Assembly (NCBI GenBank): GCA_947632495.1
Contig: CANRPL010000003.1
Location: 1-45,540 of the forward strand
Origin: an uncultured Bacilli bacterium
GTDB taxonomy: Bacteria > Bacillota_I > Bacilli_A > RF39 > UBA660
Direction: 5' to 3'
Length of the DNA: 45,540 bases
The translations under genes were made by a program, and so were the position numbers. Below are positions 30,305-40,077 of the stretch, piece after piece (the stretch's first letter is position 1; each line of letters starts with the position of its first letter). The notes beneath the pieces were generated by a model. The model did no database searches. It had not been told where the DNA came from and saw only the letters and a program-made list of their open reading frames with translations.

Positions 30305-31154
30305 ACTTCTTGGCTCTAATCATTTCAATTTCAAACTTATATGGAGCAAAAGAGCCTTCTTCCGTATTAATATATGGTGTCTCTAAAATTTTAGGGACTT
30401 TTTGAATACGATCATTATAAAGAACATTTAGCAAATTATTAAATCCTATTGTACCATAACCGATATTCTCATGTCGATCCTTTTTTGCACCACGAATATT
30501 TTTACTATCATTAACATGAATTACATATAACTTATCTAGGCCAATAATATTGTCGAATTCATCTAATATGGCATTAAAATCATCTAAATCATAACCAGCA
30601 TCATTAATATGACAGGTATCAAGACAAACAGCTACCTTATCTTGATAGGTTACACCATCAATAATCGCTTTTAATTCCTCAAAACGTGAACCAATTTCGG
30701 TACCTTTACCCGCCATTGTTTCTAGACAAATCGTAACTTTAGTGTCAGGTGTTAAAACCGCATTTAAAGAGTCAATGATATTTTCAATACCCTTTTCTAT
30801 ACCCAGTCCAACATGGCTACCAGGATGAAGAACTAACTTACTAACTCCAAGTTCCTCAACACGCTTAACTTCTCTCGTTAAAAAATCGATATTAAAATCT
30901 TTATTCTTATCATTAGCTAAATTAACAATATATGGCGCATGAACAATAACATCATCAATATTAATATTTTCATTTAACATCAAATTATGAGCAAGTTGAG
31001 TTAAATGCTCATCAATTGGTAGACGATTCGTATTTTGCGGTGCGCCCGTATAAAACATAAACGTATTAGCTTTATAACTTAAAGCTTCAATAACGCTTCC
31101 TAACATCTGTTTATCTTTTGAAAAAGATACATGTGATCCAATAATAAGTTGCAT
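30261..31154 (-). CDS. nfo: Endonuclease IV
   Basis: IGSHVS, YTGAPQNT, HAPYIVNLA, LHPGSH, ETMAGKG, CLDTCH, HVNDSK, DRHEN, LETP. Confidence 0.97.
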   Translation of the reverse strand: MQLIIGSHVSFSKDKQMLGSVIEALSYKANTFMFYTGAPQNTNRLPIDEHLTQLAHNLMLNENINIDDVIVHAPYIVNLANDKNKDFNIDFLTREVKRVEELGVSKLVLHPGSHVGLGIEKGIENIIDSLNAVLTPDTKVTICLETMAGKGTEIGSRFEELKAIIDGVTYQDKVAVCLDTCHINDAGYDLDDFNAILDEFDNIIGLDKLYVIHVNDSKNIRGAKKDRHENIGYGTIGFNNLLNVLYNDRIQKVPKILETPYINTEEGSFAPYKFEIEMIRAKKFNDHLETDVVADNK

Positions 31155-31181
31155 TATATCACCATCCTTTTTTATTATAAC

Positions 31182-31208
31182 AAAAAGGCTAGCTTCAAGC
31201 TAGTCTTT
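31182..31208 (-). terminator. Terminator after pcrA and the small ORF
   Basis: Minus strand aaagactagct-tga-agctagccttt followed by tt. Confidence 0.8.
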
Positions 31209-31358
31209 ATTTAAAACAGTAAATAAGGTCTTAAAAATAACAACACCACCAATAACTATACCTACCCATAAAAGAGGGTTGCTATAGTTTTCAAAAATCC
31301 AAGCCTTTATTGCTTCTGACCATTCTTCTAACTTTGACATAATTGATAAATAATACAT
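31200..31358 (-). CDS. Small 52-aa single-pass membrane protein
   Basis: Not in the ORF track; MYYLSIMSKLEEWSEAIKAWIFENYSNPLLWVGIVIGGVVIFKTLFTVLNKD*; AGGTG RBS at the pcrA stop; the stop lies in the terminator stem. Confidence 0.8.
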   Translation of the reverse strand: MYYLSIMSKLEEWSEAIKAWIFENYSNPLLWVGIVIGGVVIFKTLFTVLNKD

Positions 31359-31366
31359 AACAACAC

Positions 31367-33454
31367 CTATACCTTTCTTACACTTTTATGTCCTTTGATA
31401 ATTGTTTTTATACCAGTCGGATGAGGGAAAGCGATGTTTAAAACCGTTTTAGAAATACTGACAATAATTCCTTCACCAAAAGTCGAATGAATAACCTTTT
31501 CTCCTACCTTATAATCAACATCATCATTAACATTATCATCAATTGCTCTTTTTTTATTGGTAAAGAAATCTTCAACATCATCTTTTTCGATGTACTCATC
31601 GCTTATCTCTTTAACAAAGCGACTCACAGGATTCATACTATCGATACCAAATAGGACACGCCTTTTTGTGCCCACTAACCAAAGCTTTTCTTTAGCTCTA
31701 GTAATCGCTACATAACAAAGACGCCTCTCTTCTTCTAACTCATCATTAGATAAAAGTGAACGATTATGAGGAAAGACTCCTTCTTCCATACCAATAACAA
31801 AAACATCTTTGAATTCTAGTCCTTTAGCTGAATGAATTGTCATCAATGTTACAACATCTTGACTATCTTTATGTTCCTCAATATCCGCTACTAAACTTAA
31901 TTCCTCTAAAAACTCACCTAAAGAAATAACACCATTACGCTCTTCATAATTTTTAGTAATTGATTTAAATTCCTCTAAATTTTCTAACCTAGCTTCCGCT
32001 TCAAGACTATGTTCACTTTCTAATTCTTCCTTAAGTCCTGATTTCGTTAAAACTAAATCAACTAATTCAGTTAAAGATACATTATCACTTACCTCTTTGA
32101 AGGATGCAATCATTTCTTTAAACTTAAGTTCTTTACCATTATCAATCGCATCATAAATACTAGTATGATTAAGATTAGCTTTACTGACTAATTCTTCCAT
32201 CGTTTTAGGCCCAATACCTCTTTTAGGAGAATTGATTGTTCTAATCAAACTAATATCATCATCACTATTATATATTAAACGAAGGTAAGCAATCAAATCC
32301 TTAATCTCCTTACGATTATAGAAATAAAAACTACCAATAACCTTATAAGGAATATTTTCTCTTAAAAAAGCTTCTTCAATATTACGTGATTGAGCATTGG
32401 TTCGATACAAAACAACAATATCATTTAAACTAGTACCATTACCTATTAATTTATTAATTTCACGAGTGACATATAAAGCTTCATCTGTCTCATCAATCGC
32501 TTTATGGTAGATAATTTTATCACCAACGCTATTATTAGTCCATAAATTTTTATCTTTACGTTGCTTATTATTTCTAATAACATCATTAGCGGCATTCAAA
32601 ATAGTTTTGGTACTACGATAATTTTGTTCCAATAAAATAATTTTGGCATTTGGATAATCCTTTTCAAAATTTAAAATATTACGATAATTAGATCCCCTAA
32701 AAGCATATATTGATTGTGACTCATCACCGACAACGCAAATATTTTTATACTTTTTACTTAACATTTTAGTCAGTATATACTGAACCTCATTCGTATCTTG
32801 ATACTCATCAATCAAAATATATTGAAAACGTTCTTGATACTGTTCTAAAAGATCAGGATGGTTCTTAAAAAGTTCAATTGGTTTTAACAACAAATCATCA
32901 AAGTCTAATGAATTATTATCGATAAGCTTTTCTTGATAACGTCGATATACTTCAACCACTTTTTCATCAAAATCACAAGCACTAAAGCGATCTAACTCAT
33001 CAGGACCCATCATCTCGTTTTTAGCGCTACTGATACGATTGCGAATCGTTTTAGGATTATATAATTTAATATCCAAATCCATATCTTTTAAAATACGTTT
33101 AACGGTCGTTAAAGAATCATCACTATCAAGAATGGTAAAAGATTTTTTATATCCTAAAAGATTATAATTATCTTTAATAATACTTAAGCCAAAAGAATGA
33201 AAAGTCGATATTTGAATGTCATAGGCAATATTACCAAGTAAGCCAATAACTCTTTCTTTCATCTCTTTAGCAGCTTTATTCGTAAACGTAATAGCTAAAA
33301 TGCTTGATGGTGATATACCTATCGTTTCTATTAAATAGGCAATTCTCGTAGTTAAAACTCTCGTCTTACCACTACCTGCCCCTGCTATAACAAGAAGAGG
33401 CCCATCAGCTAGCATGACAGCTTCTCTTTGTTGCTCATTTAATCCCTCTAACAT
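31367..33454 (-). CDS. pcrA: ATP-dependent DNA helicase PcrA/UvrD
   Basis: AGAGSGKT, TFTNKAA, DEYQDTN, GDESQSIY, LEQNYRST, YRTNAQSR, TIHSAKGLEF, EEERRLCYV, C-terminal Tudor-like domain. Confidence 0.97.
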   Translation of the reverse strand: MLEGLNEQQREAVMLADGPLLVIAGAGSGKTRVLTTRIAYLIETIGISPSSILAITFTNKAAKEMKERVIGLLGNIAYDIQISTFHSFGLSIIKDNYNLLGYKKSFTILDSDDSLTTVKRILKDMDLDIKLYNPKTIRNRISSAKNEMMGPDELDRFSACDFDEKVVEVYRRYQEKLIDNNSLDFDDLLLKPIELFKNHPDLLEQYQERFQYILIDEYQDTNEVQYILTKMLSKKYKNICVVGDESQSIYAFRGSNYRNILNFEKDYPNAKIILLEQNYRSTKTILNAANDVIRNNKQRKDKNLWTNNSVGDKIIYHKAIDETDEALYVTREINKLIGNGTSLNDIVVLYRTNAQSRNIEEAFLRENIPYKVIGSFYFYNRKEIKDLIAYLRLIYNSDDDISLIRTINSPKRGIGPKTMEELVSKANLNHTSIYDAIDNGKELKFKEMIASFKEVSDNVSLTELVDLVLTKSGLKEELESEHSLEAEARLENLEEFKSITKNYEERNGVISLGEFLEELSLVADIEEHKDSQDVVTLMTIHSAKGLEFKDVFVIGMEEGVFPHNRSLLSNDELEEERRLCYVAITRAKEKLWLVGTKRRVLFGIDSMNPVSRFVKEISDEYIEKDDVEDFFTNKKRAIDDNVNDDVDYKVGEKVIHSTFGEGIIVSISKTVLNIAFPHPTGIKTIIKGHKSVRKV

Positions 33455-33533
33455 AAGACCTCCTAATTATTTTATTCCTAACTTATTATAGCACGTATAA
33501 GTTTAATTAGTAAATGAATTTTAAAATTATTAA

Positions 33534-33554
33534 AGCTATATCAATGATATAGCT
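33534..33554 (-). terminator. Hairpin after the ABC permease
   Basis: agctatatca-a-tgatatagct, 6 nt past the stop; short T-run. Confidence 0.65.
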
Positions 33555-33560
33555 CTAATT

Positions 33561-34979
33561 CTAAATATTATTAATATCTTTATGTTTGAAGACAACAAAA
33601 GCTGTTACTAACATTGCACCCAACCATAAAAGACAAATCAATACGGAAAAATTAAAAGTTAGTCCTTTTAAGGTTGGATTGAGATTAAAGATATACGGTG
33701 TCCAATCCCAGTTAAAAGAGACAATATACTTTAACCATGCTTTACCAGATTCAATAAAGACTGAAAAAATATTACCAATAAAATATGCGACAAAGCCTAC
33801 AGTAATTGCTAAAGATTTACTATTAAAAATAGTTCCAAACATAAAAGATAGAGTAGCTAAAATAAGAATAGCTGGTAAAATACCCATTGTCGATAAACCT
33901 AAATAGCTTACTAAACTATATGTATTTAATGTATCGGTTATTGGGCTATAAACAGTAACAGGCATACTTAAAGATTTAATATCGAGAATGATACTTCCAA
34001 CAATTAATTGAATAAGCATTGTAATACCAATAGTAAATAGTATTGATAAAATTAAAGTTAAATATTTGCTCAATAAAATCTTCATACGCGTATAAGGTCT
34101 AACTAGTAATAATTTAATCGTACCCGTACTATATTCATTACTCATCATAGAACCCGCTATAATAAAGATCATGATGACAATCATCAAGGAATATTCACTA
34201 AAAAATTGGGTGAAGACAGTATAATTACTACCCATCTTATCAAAATCTAAATTATGTTCTAAAGCATACTTATTAGTTAAATATTGTTCACGGTGATTAT
34301 GATAATCTGTCTCATTAACCTCATCCATCTTATCAATAGTTTCTTTATCAAGTTTATAGTCGTCATCTAAATCAGCCTTATAATAAAGACTAATATTCCA
34401 TAAGGAAGTTTGGCTATCGATTAATCTTTCTAAATTTGCATTTTGGTAGTCATCACCATAAATAATGTCTTTATCAAGACGTATTTTAGCTCCCTCTAAA
34501 TCTATTTTAAAAGAAGGATCAGATTTAACTTGTGTTTCGTAGTGCTTAATTTCAGTCTTAACAACATGGCGCCAATCATCATCTTCTAGCCCTTTTAAAA
34601 TTTCCTCATAGATAACTTTATTACTTTCATATGCATCTTCATCTTCATCATATCCTAAATCATGACTTATAATAGTGCGAAGATATTCATCAAGATAATT
34701 ATCAATGTAATAGGACTGCCATGCCTCTTCATCATACTTTTTTTCTAATTGCTTTTTTTCTTTAGTGACGGCATTTTCTATTTTAAGATAAATGTCATCC
34801 TCCGCATCTTCATCTTCGCTTTCAGTAAAACTTGTCTCTTCGATCATCTCACCTAAATCATCGAAAGAGCGATAAATAAAGTTCGTTAAAAAAGCCCAAC
34901 CAGTAATAATACAAAGCATAATAATAAAGCTTTTCTTTTTAACAATCTTTACTATTTCATTTATCATTAAATTAATCAA
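33561..34979 (-). CDS. ABC-2 type exporter permease with large acidic extracellular domain (YhcI-like)
   Basis: NEIVK N-terminus, EYSTGTIKLLLVRPYTRMKILLSK, five C-terminal TMs, FKHKDI. Confidence 0.9.
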   Translation of the reverse strand: MINLMINEIVKIVKKKSFIIMLCIITGWAFLTNFIYRSFDDLGEMIEETSFTESEDEDAEDDIYLKIENAVTKEKKQLEKKYDEEAWQSYYIDNYLDEYLRTIISHDLGYDEDEDAYESNKVIYEEILKGLEDDDWRHVVKTEIKHYETQVKSDPSFKIDLEGAKIRLDKDIIYGDDYQNANLERLIDSQTSLWNISLYYKADLDDDYKLDKETIDKMDEVNETDYHNHREQYLTNKYALEHNLDFDKMGSNYTVFTQFFSEYSLMIVIMIFIIAGSMMSNEYSTGTIKLLLVRPYTRMKILLSKYLTLILSILFTIGITMLIQLIVGSIILDIKSLSMPVTVYSPITDTLNTYSLVSYLGLSTMGILPAILILATLSFMFGTIFNSKSLAITVGFVAYFIGNIFSVFIESGKAWLKYIVSFNWDWTPYIFNLNPTLKGLTFNFSVLICLLWLGAMLVTAFVVFKHKDINNI

Positions 34980-35883
34980 TCGTATTACCTCCAGTCTTTT
35001 CTAAAAAGGCCTCTTCTAGACTAATCTGGAATTGCGCTACCTGATATATTTGATAATCATTTTGGACAAGCTTCTCAATTAGTTTAGGTACACGGTCACG
35101 ATTAATCTTTATACGGAACATATTCTTGTTTATAACTTCAAATTTATCATCAATAATCTTATATAAATCACTAACACGATCCATTTCAATAACATAAACA
35201 GAATCAGACATACGTTTTTTTAACTCGCTAATAGCGCTAGACTCTAAAATAACACCATTTTGAATAATGCACACTTTATTGCAAAAGCTTTCTAGCTCTA
35301 ACAGATTATGACTAGATATTAAGATTCCCATATGTTCTTCTTTAGCTAGTTTAGTCAGTAAATCTCGTAATGTTTTAATACCTTCAGGATCTAGACCATT
35401 AGTAGGTTCATCAAGAATTAAAAGATTAGGTTTAGGTAAAAGGGCTGCCGCAATACCTAGACGTTGACGCATACCTAAAGAATATTTACTGACTTTATCA
35501 TCAATGCGATTTCCCAGTCCAGATAATTTGATAACTTCATCAATACGCTCTTTATCAATATTATGATATAGACGCGCTATCATTTTAAGATTTTCACGTC
35601 CGGATAAATACATATACATATCGGGATTTTCTACAATGGCACCAACTTTTTGAATAGCTTTAACAAAATCCTTTTTAACATCATAACCATTTATAATAAC
35701 ATTACCACTATTAATTTTTTGTAATCCTAAAATTAGTTTAATAGTTGTCGTCTTACCAGCGCCATTTGGACCAATAAAGCCTAAAATGTCTCCAGCTTCA
35801 ACATCAAATGATACATCTTTTAAAACTTCTTTTTTACCAAAACGCTTTCGTAAGTGTTGACACTCTAATATTTTTTTAGTCAT
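34972..35883 (-). CDS. ABC exporter ATP-binding protein (YhcH/BcrA-like)
   Basis: GPNGAGKTT, YSLGMRQR, ILDEPTNGLDP, SSH. Confidence 0.95.
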   Translation of the reverse strand: MTKKILECQHLRKRFGKKEVLKDVSFDVEAGDILGFIGPNGAGKTTTIKLILGLQKINSGNVIINGYDVKKDFVKAIQKVGAIVENPDMYMYLSGRENLKMIARLYHNIDKERIDEVIKLSGLGNRIDDKVSKYSLGMRQRLGIAAALLPKPNLLILDEPTNGLDPEGIKTLRDLLTKLAKEEHMGILISSHNLLELESFCNKVCIIQNGVILESSAISELKKRMSDSVYVIEMDRVSDLYKIIDDKFEVINKNMFRIKINRDRVPKLIEKLVQNDYQIYQVAQFQISLEEAFLEKTGGNTID

Positions 35884-36090
35884 TTGTTCCTCCTTTTAAG
35901 ATATTACTCATTATAAGTATATTGTTATATCATGTCTATTTACAATTTTTTAAATTTGACATTAATCTTAATTATTTTATTAAAATATTACCTTTATTAT
36001 CTTTTATTAATGCAAAAAATAATATAGCCTTTTTTCTATTTGGCATATCTTGTCAATTATTTTGTCAAAATCTATGTTTTCTATATTGTA

Positions 36091-36118
36091 ACACAAAAAA
36101 ATAATAATGAATATACTA
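36091..36118 (+). promoter_or_regulatory. Possible sigma-K-like promoter
   Basis: ACA (36091-36093) - 16 nt - AATATACTA, one mismatch to CATAnnnTA; AT-rich context makes this weak. Confidence 0.3.
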
Positions 36119-36138
36119 ATTAAAGAAAGGGGATTAAA

Positions 36139-37119
36139 ATGAAAAAACTTATAATTATATTAATTTGTATAGCCTTTTTAGGAACATTTTATTTAGTTCT
36201 AAAAAATAATAATGATAAAAAAGAAAGCGAACTAACTAAAGTAAAAGTTGCTGAAGTAACCCATAGTTTATTTTATACACCAATGTATATAGCAGACGCT
36301 AAAGGATATTTTAAAGATTATGGTTTAGATGTTGAAATCATTTTGACGAGTGGTGCAGATAAAGTTGCTGCCGCTGTTATGTCAAAAGATGTGCAAATTG
36401 GATTTTGTGGTAGTGAACAAACTTTATACATATATAATAGAGGTGCTAAAGATTATTTGATCAACTTTGCTGGCCTAACAAAGAAAGATGGTATCTTTTT
36501 AGTGGCCCGTGAAAAAGTTGATAATTTTGATTTAAGCTATTTAGAGAATAAAACCATTTTAGGTGGAAGAAATGGCGGAATGCCTGCTATGACATTAAAC
36601 TATACTCTAAAACAAAATAAAGTTAAAGCTAACGTTGATACTAGTGTTGACTTCGCTAGTTTATCGGGTGCTTTTATTGGCGGTAATGGTGATTTAGTAG
36701 CGCTTTTTGAGCCAAATGCTTTAACTTTAGAAAAGGAAGATTTAGGTTATGTCATTAAATCAGTTGGTGAATTAGGTGGTGAAGTTCCTTATACAACTTT
36801 TAATGCTTTAAAAAGTTATATTGAAGAAAATCCTAAAATAATTGAAAACTTTACCAAAGCTATCCAAAAAGGTATTGATTATACCAAAAGCCATACTGAC
36901 CAAGAATTAGCTCAATTATTGGTTGATTATTTTCCGGATACTAGTTTAAACGATATTGCGACAGTTATTAAGCGCTATCGTGAAATTGATTCATGGTATG
37001 ATACAACGCAAATAAGTGAAACGGGATTCAATCATATGCAAGATATTGTAGAATTCAATGGTTTTCTTGATCGAAGAGTAGATTATAAAATACTCGTAGC
37101 GAATCAAATAAATGAATAG
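36139..37119 (+). CDS. ABC importer substrate-binding protein, NMT1/SsuA family (YtlA-like)
   Basis: N-terminal anchor; EVTHSLFYTPMY, GGRNGGMPAM, LFEP, GEVPYT. Confidence 0.88.
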   Translation: MKKLIIILICIAFLGTFYLVLKNNNDKKESELTKVKVAEVTHSLFYTPMYIADAKGYFKDYGLDVEIILTSGADKVAAAVMSKDVQIGFCGSEQTLYIYNRGAKDYLINFAGLTKKDGIFLVAREKVDNFDLSYLENKTILGGRNGGMPAMTLNYTLKQNKVKANVDTSVDFASLSGAFIGGNGDLVALFEPNALTLEKEDLGYVIKSVGELGGEVPYTTFNALKSYIEENPKIIENFTKAIQKGIDYTKSHTDQELAQLLVDYFPDTSLNDIATVIKRYREIDSWYDTTQISETGFNHMQDIVEFNGFLDRRVDYKILVANQINE

Positions 37120-37852
37120 TGTTTTATCAGTAAACAATATTCATAAAGTATACCACACAACTAAAGCTGAAATAGAAGCAATTAAAGATATTACTTTTAA
37201 CGTTAATCAAGGTGATTTTATCGCCATTGTCGGTCCTAGTGGGTGTGGTAAGTCTACTCTTTTATCCATTTTAAATGGGCAAGAGAATGTTACAAGTGGT
37301 AAAATAGATTATCATCATAAAACAATCGGTTATATGTTGCAGGACGATGCTCTATTTGATTGGTTAACGGTGCTTGATAACTGCCTAATAGGCCTAAAAA
37401 TTAAAAAGCAACTAACTAAAGAAAATAAAGAATATGTTTTAAATCTTTTAGATAAATATGGTTTAAAAGATTTTATTAATAGTTATCCAAGAAACTTATC
37501 TGGTGGAATGCGTAAACGTGTCGCCTTAATTAGAACTTTAGCTACTAAACCCGATATTCTTTTAATGGATGAACCTTTTAGCGCTCTTGATTTTCAATCA
37601 CGTTTAAAAATATCTAATGATGTATATCAAATTTTAAAAGAAGAAAATAAGACGTTAATTCTTGTAACCCACGATATTTCGGAGGCTGTAACTTTATGCG
37701 AAAAAGTACTTGTCCTTTCTAAAAGGCCAAGTACCATTAAAAATATTTATTCTATTTTCTATAGTCAGAAAACACTACCCAGTAGTAAAAGAACAGCTCT
37801 AGAGTTTAACGATTATTATCAACAAATATGGAGGGATATCGACCATGAGTAA
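37112..37852 (+). CDS. ABC importer ATP-binding protein (YtlC/SsuB-like)
   Basis: GPSGCGKST, LSGGMRKR, LMDEPFSALD, VTHD. Confidence 0.93.
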   Translation: MNSVLSVNNIHKVYHTTKAEIEAIKDITFNVNQGDFIAIVGPSGCGKSTLLSILNGQENVTSGKIDYHHKTIGYMLQDDALFDWLTVLDNCLIGLKIKKQLTKENKEYVLNLLDKYGLKDFINSYPRNLSGGMRKRVALIRTLATKPDILLMDEPFSALDFQSRLKISNDVYQILKEENKTLILVTHDISEAVTLCEKVLVLSKRPSTIKNIYSIFYSQKTLPSSKRTALEFNDYYQQIWRDIDHE

Positions 37853-38636
37853 AGAACATAAAGAATATTTAAAAGCCCTGAAAAAACATAAAATTAAAAT
37901 ATACTTTTGGCAGATTATCATTTTTATTATAGTAATTATTAGTTGGCAAGTTTTGACTGATTTAAAAGTTTTGGATTCATTTATTATTTCATCACCTAAA
38001 AATATTATAAACACCATCGCTAGCCTATATAATAGCAATAACCTCTTTATTCATATAGGAACAACCCTCTACGAAACACTAATAAGCTTTATTATTAGTA
38101 TGTTGATAGGTATTGTGGTTGCTACTATTCTTTGGTATTCTCCCTTTTTAGCAAAAGTTGTTGAACCTTATTTGACCATCCTTAATAGTCTACCTAAAGT
38201 GGCGTTAGGCCCAATTATTCTAATATGGTTTGGAGCTTCTACAACATCGATTATTATCATGGCCATTTTAATTAGTTCAATTGTGTTAATCATTAATATT
38301 TATAATGGGTTTATTAATATCGATAATAATAAAATTAAGTTAGTAAAGACATTTTCTAATAGTAAGATAACATTGTATCGCTTTCTTATTTTACCAAGCA
38401 ATATTCCAAATATTATAAGTAATTTGAAGATATGTATTAGTATGTCTTTAATTGGAATTATTATGGGTGAATTTTTAGTATCAAAAAAAGGCATTGGCTA
38501 TCTCATTATGTATGGATCACAAGTATTTAATCTTGATTTAGTGATGAGCGGTGTTGTTTTATTATGTATTGTTGCAACAGCGTTATATTATCTTGTTTAC
38601 TATATAGAAAAAAGATATGAAAAAACTACGCATTAG
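37845..38636 (+). CDS. ABC importer permease (YtlD/SsuC-like)
   Basis: LNSLPKVALGP, GIIMGEFLVSKKGIGYLI; multiple TMs. Confidence 0.9.
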   Translation: MSKEHKEYLKALKKHKIKIYFWQIIIFIIVIISWQVLTDLKVLDSFIISSPKNIINTIASLYNSNNLFIHIGTTLYETLISFIISMLIGIVVATILWYSPFLAKVVEPYLTILNSLPKVALGPIILIWFGASTTSIIIMAILISSIVLIINIYNGFINIDNNKIKLVKTFSNSKITLYRFLILPSNIPNIISNLKICISMSLIGIIMGEFLVSKKGIGYLIMYGSQVFNLDLVMSGVVLLCIVATALYYLVYYIEKRYEKTTH

Positions 38637-38650
38637 CGTAGTTTATTTTT
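38620..38650. terminator. Bidirectional terminator
   Basis: aaactacgc-atta-gcgtagttt flanked by A- and T-runs between convergent stops. Confidence 0.85.
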
Positions 38651-40007
38651 TCTTTTGTTTATCCATAGCTTTTATTTTATCAGCTAAAGCAAAAATTTCT
38701 TCTGGTTTTACTAAATCAATATGATATACTTGACCTGGCTTAAATTCCTCTCCCCTAATTTCAGCAATCATAGCTGTATATCTAGGTAAGAAGTAACCAT
38801 CATCTAGTAATCCCAAAGTTTCACATAACTCTTTAGCACGAGCTTCCTCATCAGCAGCTGGTGTGGAAGGTGCTGAAGTAGTTTCAGCTTCTTCTGTTGG
38901 TGTTCCAACAACTCCTGCTTCAGCTGCAGCAGCAACATCCTCAACATGTACTGGAGTTCCAGCTCCTTGAATAATAACATTTTTTTCAGAAGTTTGAGCC
39001 ATAAACATGGCTTTTAATGTTTCTAATTTTTGAGCCGGAGGTAAACTTGCAAGTGCAGGATCCGCATTAATTGCCTCTAACATTTTAGCAACAACAAGGC
39101 CTTGCTTTTCAGCTTCAGCTGCATTAACTAAACGTTTAGCATCAGCATCACCTTTAGCTTGTTTTACACGAGCCTCAGCCTCTTTAGCTGCAGCTCTATT
39201 TTTAATTTCAGCATCAACCATTTCTTGAGGTAATTTAATATCTTTGATAAAGAAACGAGTAATTTCAACACCATAACGATTACCTAATTCAAATAATTGA
39301 TTGGAGAATGAATCAATTAGATCAACTGACGATTTATTAGCAAATTTATCCATTCCTTGATTACGAACATAATCAATTACTAGTTGATCTAGTTCACGGC
39401 CAATACGGCGACTGATTTCGGCTTCAGCGCGTCCACCGATGGATTCAGCTAATGAGTTAAACAAAGTAGCATATACCTCTGGATCAATAATTTTAAAACG
39501 ATAATCCGTATCAAATGTTAAACGAACACGTTCAGAGGTATCTATTTGAATAGATGGAGTTGATATTTCTTGTTCCTTCACACTTAAAATAAGAGCAGAT
39601 TCCCATGGCCATCTAATTTTAATACCAGTTTTGGCTTGAATTTTTCTTCTTATTAATTCTCTTTGGGCGCCTTTAACTTTAATAGTCGCATTTTCTAATT
39701 CTTCAGAAACAGTACCATTACCGTCACGGAAAGCCAATTCTTGATCAATAATGGCTGCTGTTCTACCACTAACACGGCTGCGAGCACGTTCCAACAAAGC
39801 ACGAGACACATTGGGATCATGAATCCTAATTTCGCGAATATCAGTTACTGCTTTTCGTTCTTCATCATAAGTACCTAAAGACCAAATTCGTCCTGTAAAA
39901 ATACTCTTTTTTACTAAAACTGTACCACTGGCAACAGAAAATAAGACACCTTTCCTAATAAATCTTCGAGCTTTAACTGCATTTGTACTTGTATTTGCAT
40001 CAGCCAT
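38643..40007 (-). CDS. Atypical SPFH/Band-7 domain protein
   Basis: GIKIRWPW, TSERVRLTFD...FKIIDP, YGVEITRFFIKDIKLP, then AEA-rich coiled coil; acidic A/P/T linker and short C-terminal domain; GGAG RBS. Confidence 0.8.
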   Translation of the reverse strand: MADANTSTNAVKARRFIRKGVLFSVASGTVLVKKSIFTGRIWSLGTYDEERKAVTDIREIRIHDPNVSRALLERARSRVSGRTAAIIDQELAFRDGNGTVSEELENATIKVKGAQRELIRRKIQAKTGIKIRWPWESALILSVKEQEISTPSIQIDTSERVRLTFDTDYRFKIIDPEVYATLFNSLAESIGGRAEAEISRRIGRELDQLVIDYVRNQGMDKFANKSSVDLIDSFSNQLFELGNRYGVEITRFFIKDIKLPQEMVDAEIKNRAAAKEAEARVKQAKGDADAKRLVNAAEAEKQGLVVAKMLEAINADPALASLPPAQKLETLKAMFMAQTSEKNVIIQGAGTPVHVEDVAAAAEAGVVGTPTEEAETTSAPSTPAADEEARAKELCETLGLLDDGYFLPRYTAMIAEIRGEEFKPGQVYHIDLVKPEEIFALADKIKAMDKQKKK

Positions 40008-40077
40008 AAACTACATCTCCATTCTAAAACAATTTTACTATATCTCCCTTTTAAAGTCAAATAAATAAAGGCAATAT

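Noticed and set aside
33561-35883. Bacteriocin or lantibiotic immunity cluster
   Set aside because: The ABC pair is BcrA/YhcH-like, but no precursor peptide, modification enzyme or regulator is adjacent; substrate cannot be inferred.
36050-36068. TTGTCAA direct repeat (12-bp spacing) as a SpoIIID or other regulator site
   Set aside because: Poor fit to the SpoIIID consensus, could simply be -35 (TTGACA) elements on the minus strand, and is too short to be significant in AT-rich DNA.
35922-36104. 60-aa ORF in the divergent intergenic region
   Set aside because: TTG start without RBS and an F/I/L/N-rich translation typical of AT-rich non-coding promoter DNA.
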